Below, piece by piece: positions 12,001 to 28,298 of a stretch of DNA of 64,000 nucleotides. The translations under genes and the position numbers were made by a program. Each line of letters opens with the position of its first letter. Position 1 is the stretch's first letter. The DNA comes from Trichoplax adhaerens (taxonomy: Eukaryota > Animalia > Placozoa). The notes under the pieces are model-generated. The model was not told the DNA's origin, searched no databases, and saw nothing but the letters and a program-made list of their open reading frames with translations. The DNA is taken from assembly GCF_000150275.1 (NCBI RefSeq), contig NW_002060953.1:1670254-1734253 (forward strand), read 5' to 3'.

Positions 12001-15000
12001 TTATAATTTTTGTGGAGACATTTTGATCAAATTCGTAGAAGTCATTATGATGTACTGGTTAAAATAAATTTTCTTGGCGGAGAATACAGGTACGTAGAAT
12101 GCTCGGAGTAGCTTATGCGACCTAAAGAAATACAATAGATTTGTTCAAAAAACAATTGCCGTTAGTATCGACTCGTCTGATATATAAATGCGCTTTAACC
12201 AGATACTACAACAATATTAGTTTCGTACCGGTTAGCATCTAAAAACGGATACGTTATGATACTTTTCCAGTTTGCCACGTCTTTGGAATAGGATGGTTCA
12301 AACGGTGTAGCAACTGAAGTTTCCAAATCTACCAAAATATGGCAGTTTTGTATCTTGAACTATAATTTTATAAGATGAAAAATTTTTGCGATTTCATTCT
12401 AGGTGAAAGAGGTGCATGCTGTTGTTGCGAATTAACGTTGATAGTTTTGTAAATTTGTTGTATACATAGCGACTAGGTTCTTCCTTATTTTGATCATTCA
12501 TGTCGGTTGGAATTATTCTAGTAGCCAATGGTTTAGCTTCGTACGGCTTTGGTAGTTGGCCACGGAATTCTGATTTCACAAATTGTAGTTGGCATCTTTA
12601 CCCAAATCGATGAGATGAAACGTCATTATTTATAATCAGATGTAGTTATTCAATTACCCAATTATTACTTAATATATACGTATACCTATTCGGAAGGAAA
12701 AAATTGCTAGGAAATCGATGCCATTCTTTTCCTACGCATACGTTGATATCTTGGAATTTGCTTATTGACTTATATTCCGAAACTAACGTAGGTAACTGTT
12801 TGTAAACCTCAATCGGTGCTTGATATCCTAGGGTAATTAATAAGTTTACCTAAAAATTTCTACGCCGATGAAATTAAAGTAATTTTAGATTATAGAATTT
12901 TAAAGCATACCTATGTGTAATACCATAGTTCGGGATAAGGACAGCAGCATATACAGGAGGAACGTCGATGCAACACCCAAACGAAAGAATGTTCGAATAA
13001 ACGAATGTGAATTTTTATATATATTCTCTACAAATGACTGGAGCATAAAGAACATGATTTCAGTTTACTGTATTTCACTATTCCAAAAAAGTGAGACTAA
13101 AATAATGCAATAAATCAATTACTTGACATTCAGAAAGAGCCATGGCTGCAGAACAAGCTATTAGAGGATATATAGGAAATAAGAATCGTTCTTCCTATAG
13201 TACAACAACAAAATTACATTCCTTCTCATACAAATGGAATAATAAATATTTTTTTTAACGTCGTTGCTACCTTGTGTGGTCTAGTAAAGAAAATTCCAAT
13301 CCATAGATACATGGGTGATAAAACCGTTAGCACTTTCACCACGTTATATCCTATAGTATAGCGTTTAGAAGGTGCAATTACCGCATACTTTATTTCATAA
13401 CTATCATGGCTGTAATGCATTCAAATTGATTATTAAAAGCACTTAGGGTTAACAGATATTCCAACTGATTAATATCAATAGACTTACCCCCACGAATATT
13501 GTAAAGCTTTCTTATGATAACAACTCCGATCTATTACCATTGATTATAGTAAAAGAGTTCAACATAACTGTGAATAATCAGCTATCATTCAAATTACCAG
13601 AATGCAATGGTATTGATTGGTTACATACCCAAATGGGTAAAGAACATATTGCCAGGACAAAAGCAACATTAAAATTTAAGAATCCATTAATAAAATAAAA
13701 TGTCCATGATTCCACACCTAATGGCCATCAATAAAGTACTTCAGAATTGGTCGTAATTACTTATCAATTCGTTAACGTTTTCAAGAATCATACCGTATAA
13801 TTCCGGACCTTTACCAGAAAGTACATTGTACATAACAATGTTCAATGGGGCGATAGTCAATTTTCCATAGTAGTATGAATCAATGGCTAATAATGGAGCC
13901 TATAGGGGATAAATTTTAAAAGAGACATTTCAATACTTTAGAGCTTTTGCTTGAATGGAAAAAATTTAGCAAAGAAGACTTTGCATAACTTGTAAAAAAT
14001 TACACTACAAGGTAAATCGATTCAGTAAAGAGAATGGTATCAGTAATACTCTCACCATAATAACGATGAGCCATATAAAGGTCCATTTTATGAAATAAGT
14101 AATCAGATTTTGGCATAACGCAATATAAACTGCTCCAGGAATTCTAGAATCCAATTTGTACATAATAAAATCTGTCATCACCATTTGACAAGTCCGAATT
14201 TCTAGAAGGGTTTACAAGATTTCACCGAAAATTTGTTGTTAAGCATACCCTAAGACAGCAACGAAAGGCCAACCCCACAAGGTTCCTAAGCCAATGGCAA
14301 ATATGAACATCTAGAATTGAAGTAGCAATAAACGACAAAACTTGAGGTTTGTCTCGTGTTGACGTGATTCTGATAGGATCAGCTAATATAAATTTTTCCG
14401 TCTTAAGGTATGAATAATATCTGTCGCAAGATTACCTTATAGTTTCCATGAAAGAGTGCACCATAAGCAGCCATGGTAGTCAACATAGTGAAACTGCTAG
14501 GCAAAAAAGCTAGAGAAACGGTAATAATGGTGAAGTTGCATATGCTTGCATAATTAGTTTGAAGTGCTGGGTTTTGTATGTTGAAGGCGAAATATAATTG
14601 GAAAGTAGATTATGAAGTTGTAACTGTGAAATACATGTCGATGACATAAGGTAACTGACTACACATTATAGAGGGTAGAATTTAACAGATAGTAAGGAAT
14701 ACGTGTATTTTCTGATAAGGTATATGACCATTTCATCATCACATTCGGTTTTAAACGTATTACAAGACAGGTAAAATTTCTCACCGGCGCTAGAAATATA
14801 CATTCCACTACCGATCAAGAGAAACACCAAAGTGTATCGACTCATTCTTGCGTCGAAAAATTTGCTAATTCCTCTGTAGAGAAGAAAAAATTACGATACT
14901 ATTAGTTGCATAGCTTTCGTTGCAAGGAGTCAAAATTGCTAGCTAATGAATGAATGGATTGTATGATAACTACTCAATATTTAGAAGCAAATATTAAGTT

Positions 15001-16462
15001 TACGAACGATAGATTAATCCTTCCCTGATACGATGGATAGTACACATGCGTAACGACTCTTAATACAGTTGGCCCAGGTTCTCAATGATATTTGAAAATC
15101 GTTACAAGAAATTACTGTATGTCGATATTTCATTGTGTAACATACTGTCGTGATTTCACATAATGCTAATAATGTAAAGCAAAGGATTCCGTAGCGTAGA
15201 ATAGTGGTAGTGCTGTATGAAGCAATTGTGGATGATGGTGGTATATTGAAATGTACACAGATTTTTTCATTTACAAGTAAATGATGCAGATATCGAAAGC
15301 TTATAAATGCTTATAGTTGTAAGAATGGCGCAAAGTCGTTTCTAGGATCAAATGCATGCTATAACTTGGACCATCCCATTCTACTCAAGCTGCTAAATCA
15401 CACTGATTCAGTAACTTTTTGCCTCATAAACCACAAATAGGGAAAAACACGCATTGTGGCATTTTACAGATTGTGATTATAATAATAATTAATTAAAACA
15501 ATAATCCTGCAAAGATTAAGAGTAACGGAACAGAAAGCTATCTTGTTGATACGCACCGGTAGAAATAAGCTTCTGAAACAGCACAGCAAACTCCTAGCCA
15601 TATTCTGACAAGATAAAAGGCATAAATCTATACGAGCCATAGAAGAAAAAGCACCTGTTCATTCAACAATCTTATATCTAGTAGTGTAGTACCAAAATGT
15701 GATTGGATGGATAAACCAACAAATTAATGTTATTATGTAGGATTCGATGTAATTTAAGATTATTTATCCATAAGATGATCTATCTTACCTTGTCTAATGA
15801 TAAGAATTGAACGGGCCATGCAAACACAGCGTGCAATAGCACATATGCATAAGATCGAATTGCAAATTGAGGCGAATATTCCCACGTTTGCAGTCCATTT
15901 CCATATAGCATATAATGCATCTAGCAAACCGATCAATGCATGAAGATGATCAATACACAGAATCATTTATCCCTCTCCTATACTGCATCACGACTCATTT
16001 TGGTCAATTTTTTACGACAACAACGTTTCGATATCGTTCGTTTTTTCGATAGAAAGAGACATACAGTACTCTTCAAACGGATTCATTTAGGTTATGCCTG
16101 TCTTATTGATTCTAGTGCTTTCATTGCTGCATCATACGTTTGACAACATGCCGAAGCCTACTGTTGTGCAATTTATCTCAACGATATCAACTACGATTGC
16201 AATCATGGCGGTCATCATCGACAGTCATTGAATGATAATGAAGACTTACCGGTTCCCAATAATTAAAAGTCTCATCACAATCAGTAACATGAACGGTTAA
16301 AGCTGCAATTATTCTAGCAAAGAGTAACAATTGCAAAGCTAAGAGAGCTCCAGGCCATTGCGATCGTTTCCTAGATACAGGTCTTTCTTCCTGCTGGTCA
16401 TCCACATGTTGCAGATATAGGCCATCACTTCGTTCACTCGTAAATCGATGGCGAATATCCAT
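12001..16462 (-). CDS. ALG9: Alpha-1,2-mannosyltransferase ALG9 (GT22), about 17 exons
   Basis: Manually spliced GT-AG exons: 16250-16462 (DCDETFNYWEP), 15789-15920 (GLQTWEYSPQFAIRSYAY), 15557-15627, 14785-14873, 14436-14509 (AFLPSSF), 14249-14310 (GWPF), 14056-14143, 13794-13899 (PLNIVMYNV), 13629-13717, 13488-13530, 13271-13350 and 13123-13194 (PHKEERFLFPIYP), ~12911-13025, ~12686-12827 (NVCVGKEWHRFPSNFFLP), ~12466-12595 (SEFRGQLPKP), ~12229-12359, and 12001-12121 ending in TAA. Confidence 0.93.
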
Positions 16463-16789
16463 TACGATGGCTGACAATGTTGCTCAACCTCTCAAAGAAG
16501 CCACAGGAAGTGCGATTTTCAACACTATCCACAATCACCGACTGCATCCACTTAGCAAGAGTGCTACTTTCCCAGGATTAGCGTTGATGAAATCGCTAGT
16601 AGAGCCTGAAGACGTGATGGCGCAGGCGTATCCTAGCCATCGCCACTAACGTCCTATACGCTAGTCTAGTGTCCCATTCAATCCTTTACTCCAAATCCTA
16701 TCGAGGATGTACTATGACGAGACGGTAACATGGCACACACCGTTAGCCTTTATATGGCAAGGGGCCAAACCTTCTAACATGGCGGCAAC

Positions 16790-17742
16790 CTTTCTGCTGT
16801 ACGTCTAGCAGCATATTCGCTGTTGGACCTTTCTACGTTTAACAGCAAATTAAAAGTTGGATAGTTCTACATCCAACAGCATATTAGCTGTTAGACCTTT
16901 CTACATACAACAGCATATTAGCTGTTGGACCTTTCTACGTTTAATAGCAAATTAAAAGTTGGATAGTTCTACGTCCAACAGCATATTAGCTGTTGGACCT
17001 TTCTACGTTTAACAGCAAATTAAAAGTTGGATATTTCTACGTCCAACAACATATTCAACAGCATATTAGCTGTTGGACCTTTCTACGTTTAATAGCAAAT
17101 TAAAAGTTGGATATTTCTACGTCCAACAACATATTCAACAGCATATTAGCTGTTGGACCTTTCTACGTTTAACAGCAAATTAAAAGTTGGATAGTTCTAC
17201 ATCCAACAGCATATTAGCTGTTAGACCTTTCTACATACAACAGCATATTAGCTGTTGGACCTTTCTACGTTTAACAGCAAATTAAAAGTTGGATATTTCT
17301 ACGTCCAACAACATATTCAACAGCATATTAGCTGTTGGGCCTTTCTACGTTTAACAGCAAATTAAAAGTTGGATATTTCTACATCCAACAGCATATTCAA
17401 CAGCATATTATCTGTTGGACCTTTCTACGTTTAACAGCAAATTAAAAGTTGGATAGTTCTACGTCCAACAGCATATTAGCTGTTAGACCTTTCCACGTCC
17501 AGCAGCATATTAACTGTAGGACCTTTCTACGCCTAGGAGCATATTAACAGTTGGACCTCTATCTATGTCCAGCCGCCTATTAACTGTTGTATCTTTCCAC
17601 GTCCAGCAGCATATTAGCTGTTGGACATTTCTACGTCCAGCAGCATACAGTATTCGCTGTTGGACTTTTCTACGTCCAGCAGCATATTAGCGGTTGGGCA
17701 TTTCTACGTCCACCAGAATAAAGTATTAGCTGTTAAACTTTT
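16790..17742. repeat. 34-bp minisatellite (about 27 units) with internal palindrome and alternating unit variants
   Basis: Period 34 (GCA at 16811, 16845, 16879, 16913). Variant A is CAGCATATTAGCTGTTGGACCTTTCTACGTTTAA and variant B is CAGCAAATTAAAAGTTGGATA(G/T)TTCTAC(A/G)TCCAA; some units carry an ~11-bp duplication. Confidence 0.95.
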
Positions 17743-18722
17743 CAATAAAATGAATAAATAAATTACAAGTGCATGAGATTGAGTTCTATACGCGTATGTT
17801 ATAGCATCTTTCATTGATGCTAGGCTGTCCTGTAAATAGGGAAGGATTAAGTGCATTCGATGGACCTAGGCTTTTTTTATTATACGATATCATACAAATA
17901 GACGAAATACTATGTCCATCGACGTAGTCATCATCTTTATGAGGCATACTACCACTGGACACTTCCTTGGACAAGACGATGGTCTAACTAGCAATACTGT
18001 GCAAAATAATAATATTATTAATGGTTTATTTCTAATACTCAATAGGAATAAATTACTGATTCAGAACGAGCCACTCTATTCTCGTGACTATTATTCTGAT
18101 GTGCTTTCAATATTCAGTGGCTTTAGTCTACAGTCAAAGCATGAGATGTATCCGCACTAAACCAGGCTTATTAGCAGTCGATGGCAACGATTTGAGCGGC
18201 TTCCTACTGTACTTCTTGAAGTGAAATGAGGCAAGATTGGTGCTAAAACATACGATTCAATTAGTAATTCCGATCGAGCTCTCTACTGTATTTTAATGAC
18301 TATAATTGTGAAGAGCTTTCAGTCTTGTCTAGCTCTCCATTGGATGCATAGTAGACTTGCAGTCCTCTACGTTTGCTCTCTGTTGCTATAAAATAGTGTA
18401 TTTGGACGCTAGTTTAAGTCCCATTTTTTCCATTTTTTTGGGTTAGAAAGACTAGAAACACTCATAGCTTCTATATAGTGTTTAGTCTGTACACTCTTAA
18501 TTGTACACTGAAACATTAGTCTATGGGCGGTCGATTGGTATCAACGAGTCGTAGCGTATGGATTATTGCAACACCAGCCCTTCTACTGTACTCGGTTGGC
18601 AGAGGCAGTGCACGAAGGAGAGCAGCTTGAATGCCTGGGTTGGAGATGCAGCATCAATATTGCTAGTGGATACCATTCCGATTTGGCAGGATATTGATAC
18701 ATTTTTAACGCTTGAATAGTGA

Positions 18723-21856
<3,134 letters not shown>

Positions 21857-23169
21857 CACAGGTTTTTGATAGATTTAGATAAATTTTATTGCAAGATATA
21901 CTATTTCATAAAATGCTTCAAATCCATGCATACTATTAAATTTGGAAGGAGTTGGTGTAGAGAGATTCCTCCAGGATATTTACGTGTAAATAAAATCGTC
22001 GACTACTATTTGCTGCTAATATTTGACTTGTATTTATGCTCGGCATATTACCTACTGGAAATACTGCTCGATGCAGATCTTTTTTTGACTTCGCTCGGTG
22101 AATCTCAATTGAGAAAAGTTTATATCGAAAAAATTATGTATAGTTTCCAACCATCGTTAAGTTTAATATTAAAAATAGAATCCAATCCAATCCACCAGTC
22201 TAGCAAATTTATATGCCAAAGTTAAAATTGTACTACTTAATAATGCATTCAGGAATAATTTAAAACTATCGATTTACAAGTATATTTCTTTATTGCATTT
22301 CACCCACTCACGGTATAATGGTGGTATGCCAGCTGCTGCTTCAACAGCAGATATCGACGATATTAATTTAGAAATATATATTGCAATGGAGTATTTGGAA
22401 TTATCCGTATTAAAGTTTAGCCTGTTTTATTCAGTGCTTTGCGGTGTAAGTATCGACCGTAAAGTTTTCTTTGATTATTTTATAAATTAGTGCTGTATAA
22501 TTTTTAAATCGAATAAATTTTACTATCTACAATTAATAATCAGTATTATTTCTTAATTGGAAAATGGGGAAATATAGACCTTACTTCTAGTTCCTGTATA
22601 AAAATCTAATGAGTACAAGAACCTCTTTAGATCACGAACCAACGTGATACATTTCGCAAGCATGCTATGAATTTCATATTAATGTCATGCTACTTCATAC
22701 TAACTTAAATTTTCCATAGCTGTCAACACTAGAAAGGAAAATTGTATTGGATTAAAAGAGTTACAATTAAAGAACTTACAGCAAGTTTGAAAGATGGAAT
22801 TAGCTAGAAATCGGCAAACTCATTCGACTGCCTTTAGAAAAATCGAAACTTTATAATTGCCCGGAAATTGCGTACTGTAGCTAATCCCATGATCTCTTTG
22901 CCTTAACCTTACCTAGTGAATTTTGCAGCTGAAAGACTTAAGATTATCAATTTATTTAAATTGGATCATTAATGATTGAACTATAATGGCTGAAACCAAT
23001 GGCGATGAAAACTCAAGATTTATGCAAGGAATTGCTGAGAACGTTTAATACACGATAATCCGATCAATGGGATTAATCTGTTCCGGTAAAGTAAAATCTT
23101 GAAATCTAAGGATTGAACGAGAATCATTGATGTCTACGCATTCATGAGAAGATCATTGGTTTGGAATGA

Positions 23170-23815
23170 AAAGTTTTAAATTCTATCAGATAGTTTCTTA
23201 CTTCTCCTATGGCAAACGTCGTTAACGACCATTCGACAGATATCATTCTACTGAGAGATGCGGTAATAGATAGAGAGTGCAGTACTCGCAGAGCCTAGTA
23301 ACTATTCCTATTGGTTTAACTTATTCTCAAGCTCCACCTTTCCAAACACAATATCGAAATAGGATTTCACGCAATATTCAATTTATTATTGACTAGATGA
23401 TACTGTAATTGGGATGCAGTCAAGCCTGCATCTCACAGAAATATTTCTTTTCCTTAGCCAGCCTAGCATCAATACGTGTAGAATAACAAAAAATGGAACA
23501 ATTTTGAATTTGTTTTTTACTCCGTATTTAACAATTCGCAAGAATTTTTGCCGATTAATTCTAATGCTGCTATTAACTTTGATATAATAATATCTGTTAC
23601 ATAATTTTGATATATTAATAACCTGCAAAAAGTCATCGAAATCCTAAGTTATGTTCAGTAGAAAGATTTAAGGATTGAAATTTTATAGAATACTTTGCAC
23701 AAATATCAACTTGTCTTCTACATAATTTTAACTAAAGTAGGAAATTTTGGCATCGCCTATGAGTACTATAGAAAGCAGGGCACTTGCATGAAGCTGTAGT
23801 AAATTTTGTTCTAAT
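23170..23815 (+). pseudogene. Decayed partial duplicate of EARS2 exons
   Basis: 23170-23265 (CTTACTTCTCCTATGGCAAACGTCGTTAACGACCAT...GGTAAT) resembles EARS2 20136-20233 (CCTACTTATCATATGGCAAATGTCGTGGACGATCAT...GGTAAT). 23769-23812 (GCATGAAGCTGTAGTAAATTTTGTT) resembles ~20661-20705 (GCCTGAGGCCGTGGTGAATTTTGTT). Same order and strand, frame disrupted. Confidence 0.7.
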
Positions 23816-24815
23816 GGTCGATTACTTAATCTACTTACTCTCTAGTCTGCGATATCGACTCTAATTCTGATAAAATATTTTAATGTTACTACTCGATAAT
23901 TTCACGTATAAAAATGATATCAACCAGCAATGACTTGTATGCAAGCCACAGGTTACATTTAAGCTACTTGAATTAAAGTACAGTAATACGACAAGGCTTC
24001 ATTTAAAACCTTGATCGAGGTTTTATGATAACTATGCAATCGTTTGAATAAAAATACACCAGTAACTACAGATCGTTGCGAGTTATGTGTAAAAGAAAAA
24101 CTCACATTGACATTTATCATAACAAAACCTATTTGCTCAGTATATACGCGCATGTTTGCAGTAATTCTAGATTTTGAAAGGCGTCTTTAAGTGATTCTAT
24201 GGATAGATTTATTTTTATAATGACTGTAGAACTACTTGATATTGTAACATAAAAGCATCTATATAGCGATAAGAGTTAAGAGTAAATAGGAAACTGTAAT
24301 TAGAAGCAGTTTACTTCATCAATCGGATTTAATTTTACCTAAGAAGATTGATGGCAAAATTTGTTGACCGAAAATACACAAGTATGTTTACAGTTAAGCT
24401 AGTTCTTTAATGACCTCTTTAAATGATTTTATGTCGTGATATAAGAATGCTTGTACGAGTATATAAGCAAATTGACTCCAATATGTATGAATTAGTTATC
24501 GTTCCGTGCTTAACATTACATAGTGTTAGAAAAAACATGACAAAAAAAAACAGCCAGCTTTATTGAAGTAAAATACTACAGCTTTAGTAGAAAATATGAT
24601 ACAGTTTTCAACTCTCTGATGCTGTAACTTCTTATTGGTGACAGAGTTTGTCCTTCAAGCATTAAAGGAATTAAAAAATCGTAATCGTATAGAACGTATT
24701 ACCAGTCTTTCAATACTTAATTCTATACGTAATATAGAACGCATATGTCAATCGTAGCAATCCTTCTTTACAATTGGAGCTAAAATTGCTTGCTAAGCTG
24801 GCGTTGGTGTATTTT

Positions 24816-26822
24816 CTAAATCTTTAAAGAATTCGCTAGCTCGTGGTGGATAGAGTCAACGATATTAACGAAGACCCTATATGCTTTAGATCCACATTCT
24901 GGTAAAATATCTAATAGAGCACTAAGTTTTCTATAAAGTGAGCGAAAAATAGTAAATTAGCAAGCGTAATTTATCTTCACGGAGGAGAAATTATTTCTGA
25001 ATTTGATAATCCAAATAATCCCTTAATTCAGTTTATAAAAGTACTTTGCTAAAATTTACGCAAAGCTCCTCATTTTATTGCTAAAGAGAAGTCTTTCTTA
25101 CTTTCGATGGGTTTTCTCCGCCAATATATCTGCTTTTTGTTCTGATGTGATAATTTTTTGGCAAAACAATTCATTTAAGACAGGTTCAACGCTGTATGAT
25201 AAATTCTCAAGTATATTAGTTCTGTTTTCCTGCAGACGCTCTCGATGTTTTTTTGACATACCTGTTATAGCTTTATTAAAAATCACCGGTAATATTACTA
25301 TACGAGATTATAATCAAAAATGAAATTTTTATCTACTATAACCAGTGCAATTTCTACAAAGTATTCGATCAGAGCTAATAAACTGATGGTAATTGACAAT
25401 GAATAAGGTATCTGTATCACAGAAGCATAGATAATTTCATCAGTATTTTAGCTAGTGGTTTATTTCATAAATAGCGATCGTTGATTATGACTAATCTTTT
25501 ACTGTAAAGACGATAATTTGTGCTGGAAGTGGTCAAGTGAACTGCAAAATTTACAATTAATCTACAGATTTTCTACTAAAGCTAAAGAAAATTTGACTCA
25601 ATCTACGGTATGTCTCGATTTAAAATGTAATGTCAAAAAACAGTTCTTCACAACAAACTGACATTAAGAGTAAAGTTCTAACGATTCTTTAATTATTCCA
25701 CTAAATAATATCCATTTGCTGACTTAGTTTAGCTATGTCTATATGATAAGGCTAATTTAATATTGAATTACTTTAGCTCAAGATAATCGTGCAGGTAAAA
25801 ATGTTTAACCATAACTATTGTCTGACATCATGTAAAAATATCAATACTGTATAAATATCTTAGTGCTATATAAGCTGAAAGCAGCAAGAATAGCTATTAG
25901 AGTAGAAGAGACCTAACTTATAGTACCAGTTTGCACTCTATGATTGGCTTTCTTTTAGAGCAAACACGCATGCAATTTTCTATAGCTTAAAATGTGCAAT
26001 TTGATTTAATCACCAGGTGTTTCTATATTTTTTACGGCTCCAACCCCATCATGTGAATCTTGGCCTTGGGCAGTTGAATCTATGATTTGATGTTAGATTA
26101 AAATATTATTAGAGATGTGGTTTAGAATTGCTATGCCTGCAATTATTTATGACGAAGGTAGGCAATATTTAATCTAAGGTATTCAAAAGCATTAAAATAT
26201 TCTCAATAATGTAAGAAATTTTTTATTTCGCTTTTAATATTGGATATTTACGTCAGTTTAAAGTACTCTTGTAGATATATGGCAATAAAATATTTTGAAA
26301 CCTCATCGTTGTAATCAATCTACTCATTCATGTATGAGCTCTTAATCAATTATCTTTATCGAGTAACCTACTAAATTATACATCATTCAAACTGCTGAAA
26401 AATATCAATGATCCATAATTAACATATTATCATTTTACAGCATCTACTAACGTGTACATTGCCAAAATTAATGTAAATTTGTTCTAATCTCGATTATTTT
26501 AGCTATCATTTTAAAATCATTAATTACCACCGCAAGCTTCATTTCTCAGTTTAAGACCTAAATTTTGAAGCGCTGAGGCTTGATTTCCTTGCAATACTTC
26601 ACAGAATTTATCAAAATCCCTATCTTCTTTTCGCTCCAGAAAACGAAGAAATTTCGCATTCTGTTTCTTTTCTGGTTTTATATCTTCCAGTTCATCCATT
26701 TCATCATAATTCAAGACTTTCTTAGTATTTAAATCAATTAAGAGGTGTTTGACAGATAAATCATTAGTAAGTTTCTCCCGATTATTATCGATTACTTTCT
26801 GAATATGATCACTTAAACCCAT
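24816..26822 (-). CDS. Putative CARD-linker-CARD protein (~211 aa); alternatively two separate CARD-only genes
   Basis: Exons 26528-26822 (CARD1, phase-1 donor), 26014-26079 (linker DSTAQGQDSHDGVGAVKNIETP), 25102-25261 (phase-1 acceptor directly before ATG) and 24816-24930. CARD2 reads MSKKHRERLQENRTNILENL...KKLSALLDILPECGSKAYRVFVNIVDSIHHELANSLKI*, which resembles the RAIDD CARD motif LLDILPSRGPKAF. Total 636 nt, in frame. Confidence 0.7.
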
Positions 26823-27807
26823 AGTAGCACTGTTGGTACACCTTTGGTTTAGCTTACAATAACTTGATGCAAGATCCTATTTAAATTATAATCTGAAAAA
26901 TTAATACGAATGCGAATTAATTGCGATAAAAATAAAAAATTGCTATAGATAATGATTTGAATCAAACCATGTTTGATTCTTGTTAGGCCAAGATCGACGA
27001 GATTACATTTAGTATAATTATATTTAGTATAATTAAGCCAATAATTTAGTCTATTTCCTAACAAAAGCGCGTGCTTGTTCAGCTTGATGATCTGAGAGGG
27101 TACAGGCATTTTCATAGTAGTACGCTGATACAATCTGTATATTTATCGCAGATAATTGTATTGCGCTACTAAAATATGGCCGGAAGAGAAAAACAAAGAT
27201 AAAAGGAAGGTGTTTCTAATACTTAATTAGACTGAATTTTACTATATTTTGTCTACATTACTCTATCATTAAGATGCTTTGCATTGCACGATGCTTTTTT
27301 ATTCTACATTCAACTTTGCTAATACAGGAAAATTAGTACTTTCGAAGGAGTAGATCTGATCACTAATTCTCTTCAGATTCAAGTTAAACAACCCTTTACA
27401 TCTAGATTTCATTATCTCGCATCTTTGAAGGTGTAGGCAATCAATGACACCTTACCATAGCATCTCCACTGTGTATTACAAACTTTCCTAGAATATAAAT
27501 GCTCCGATCTATTCTTATGTTAAATTCATATTTAAGGTATATTGGTATGAATTCAAGATAATACACTAAATAGCTTGCAGATATCGATTTGCATCTTAAT
27601 ATACTATAAATATAGGATTGTTACGATGCGTAAGCTCGTCCTAATTATAATTATTGAGTAATATTAAATATTGCTTGTGTGGATTGACGTTTTATTAATT
27701 GTCATTTCTTCATATAACTTGTTTAATCTTTGATTAATATGATAATGCACTGTTAGTGTTGTTGACAATTGATTTAATTAATTAATTATATCATTAAGGT
27801 GTTAAAT

Positions 27808-28298
27808 TGTCACCTCGTGTTTACTAGTTAATCTCTTTATTAATTTATTAATTAAATATCAGTTCTTAACAATAGAGGTTGTTAATTAATTATCTTATAT
27901 GAAGTCTTTAGTGGCAATATTCATAATAATTCCTATAACTTTAAAAGGATACTTTTATATTATATGCACCAGGAGTTTCTGACGAGACTATAAAAGGCTG
28001 ATGCCTGAAGATTCCTTTTTAGTTCGTTAGTCGGTTAGATAGTCAACTAGTTTTCAATTGATATTTAATTGTGAAGACTATAATCTTGGGTGCCAAGATT
28101 CCTTCATTAATAAATGATAGTAAATCTCTGACTATCTCGTCTACATCATCTGTGACGCTATAATTATACCATAGTATTCGGTTGTTGGAACTGAATTAGT
28201 TGGTGATATAACTAATCTCGCCTCTTTAAGTTAGTAAGTGGCGTTCTCCGCAAGGATTGGCGTGTGTAGACTACTTTGTCACTAGTGGTGTGTGACAA
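27808..28298 (-). mobile_element. ~490-bp interspersed element with TGTCAC...GTGACA termini (solo-LTR-like or MITE-like)
   Basis: 6-bp terminal inverted repeats (27808 and 28297) and AATAAA near the minus-strand 3' end. 27895-28298 recurs inverted at 46133-46536. No target-site duplication seen. Confidence 0.55.

Noticed and set aside
16790-17742. CRISPR-like array (palindromic ~34-bp repeats)
   Set aside because: The intervening segments are themselves repeat variants rather than unique spacers, there are no cas genes, and the context is eukaryotic.
21866-22490. 119-aa and 65-aa ORFs downstream of EARS2 and similar AT-rich ORFs elsewhere
   Set aside because: Non-ATG starts, low-complexity I/L/F/Y/K composition and no motifs; likely spurious in a eukaryotic genome.
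25098-25286. CARD pseudogene with premature stop
   Set aside because: The TAA lies inside a GTAAG splice donor, and splicing to 24930 restores a complete CARD.
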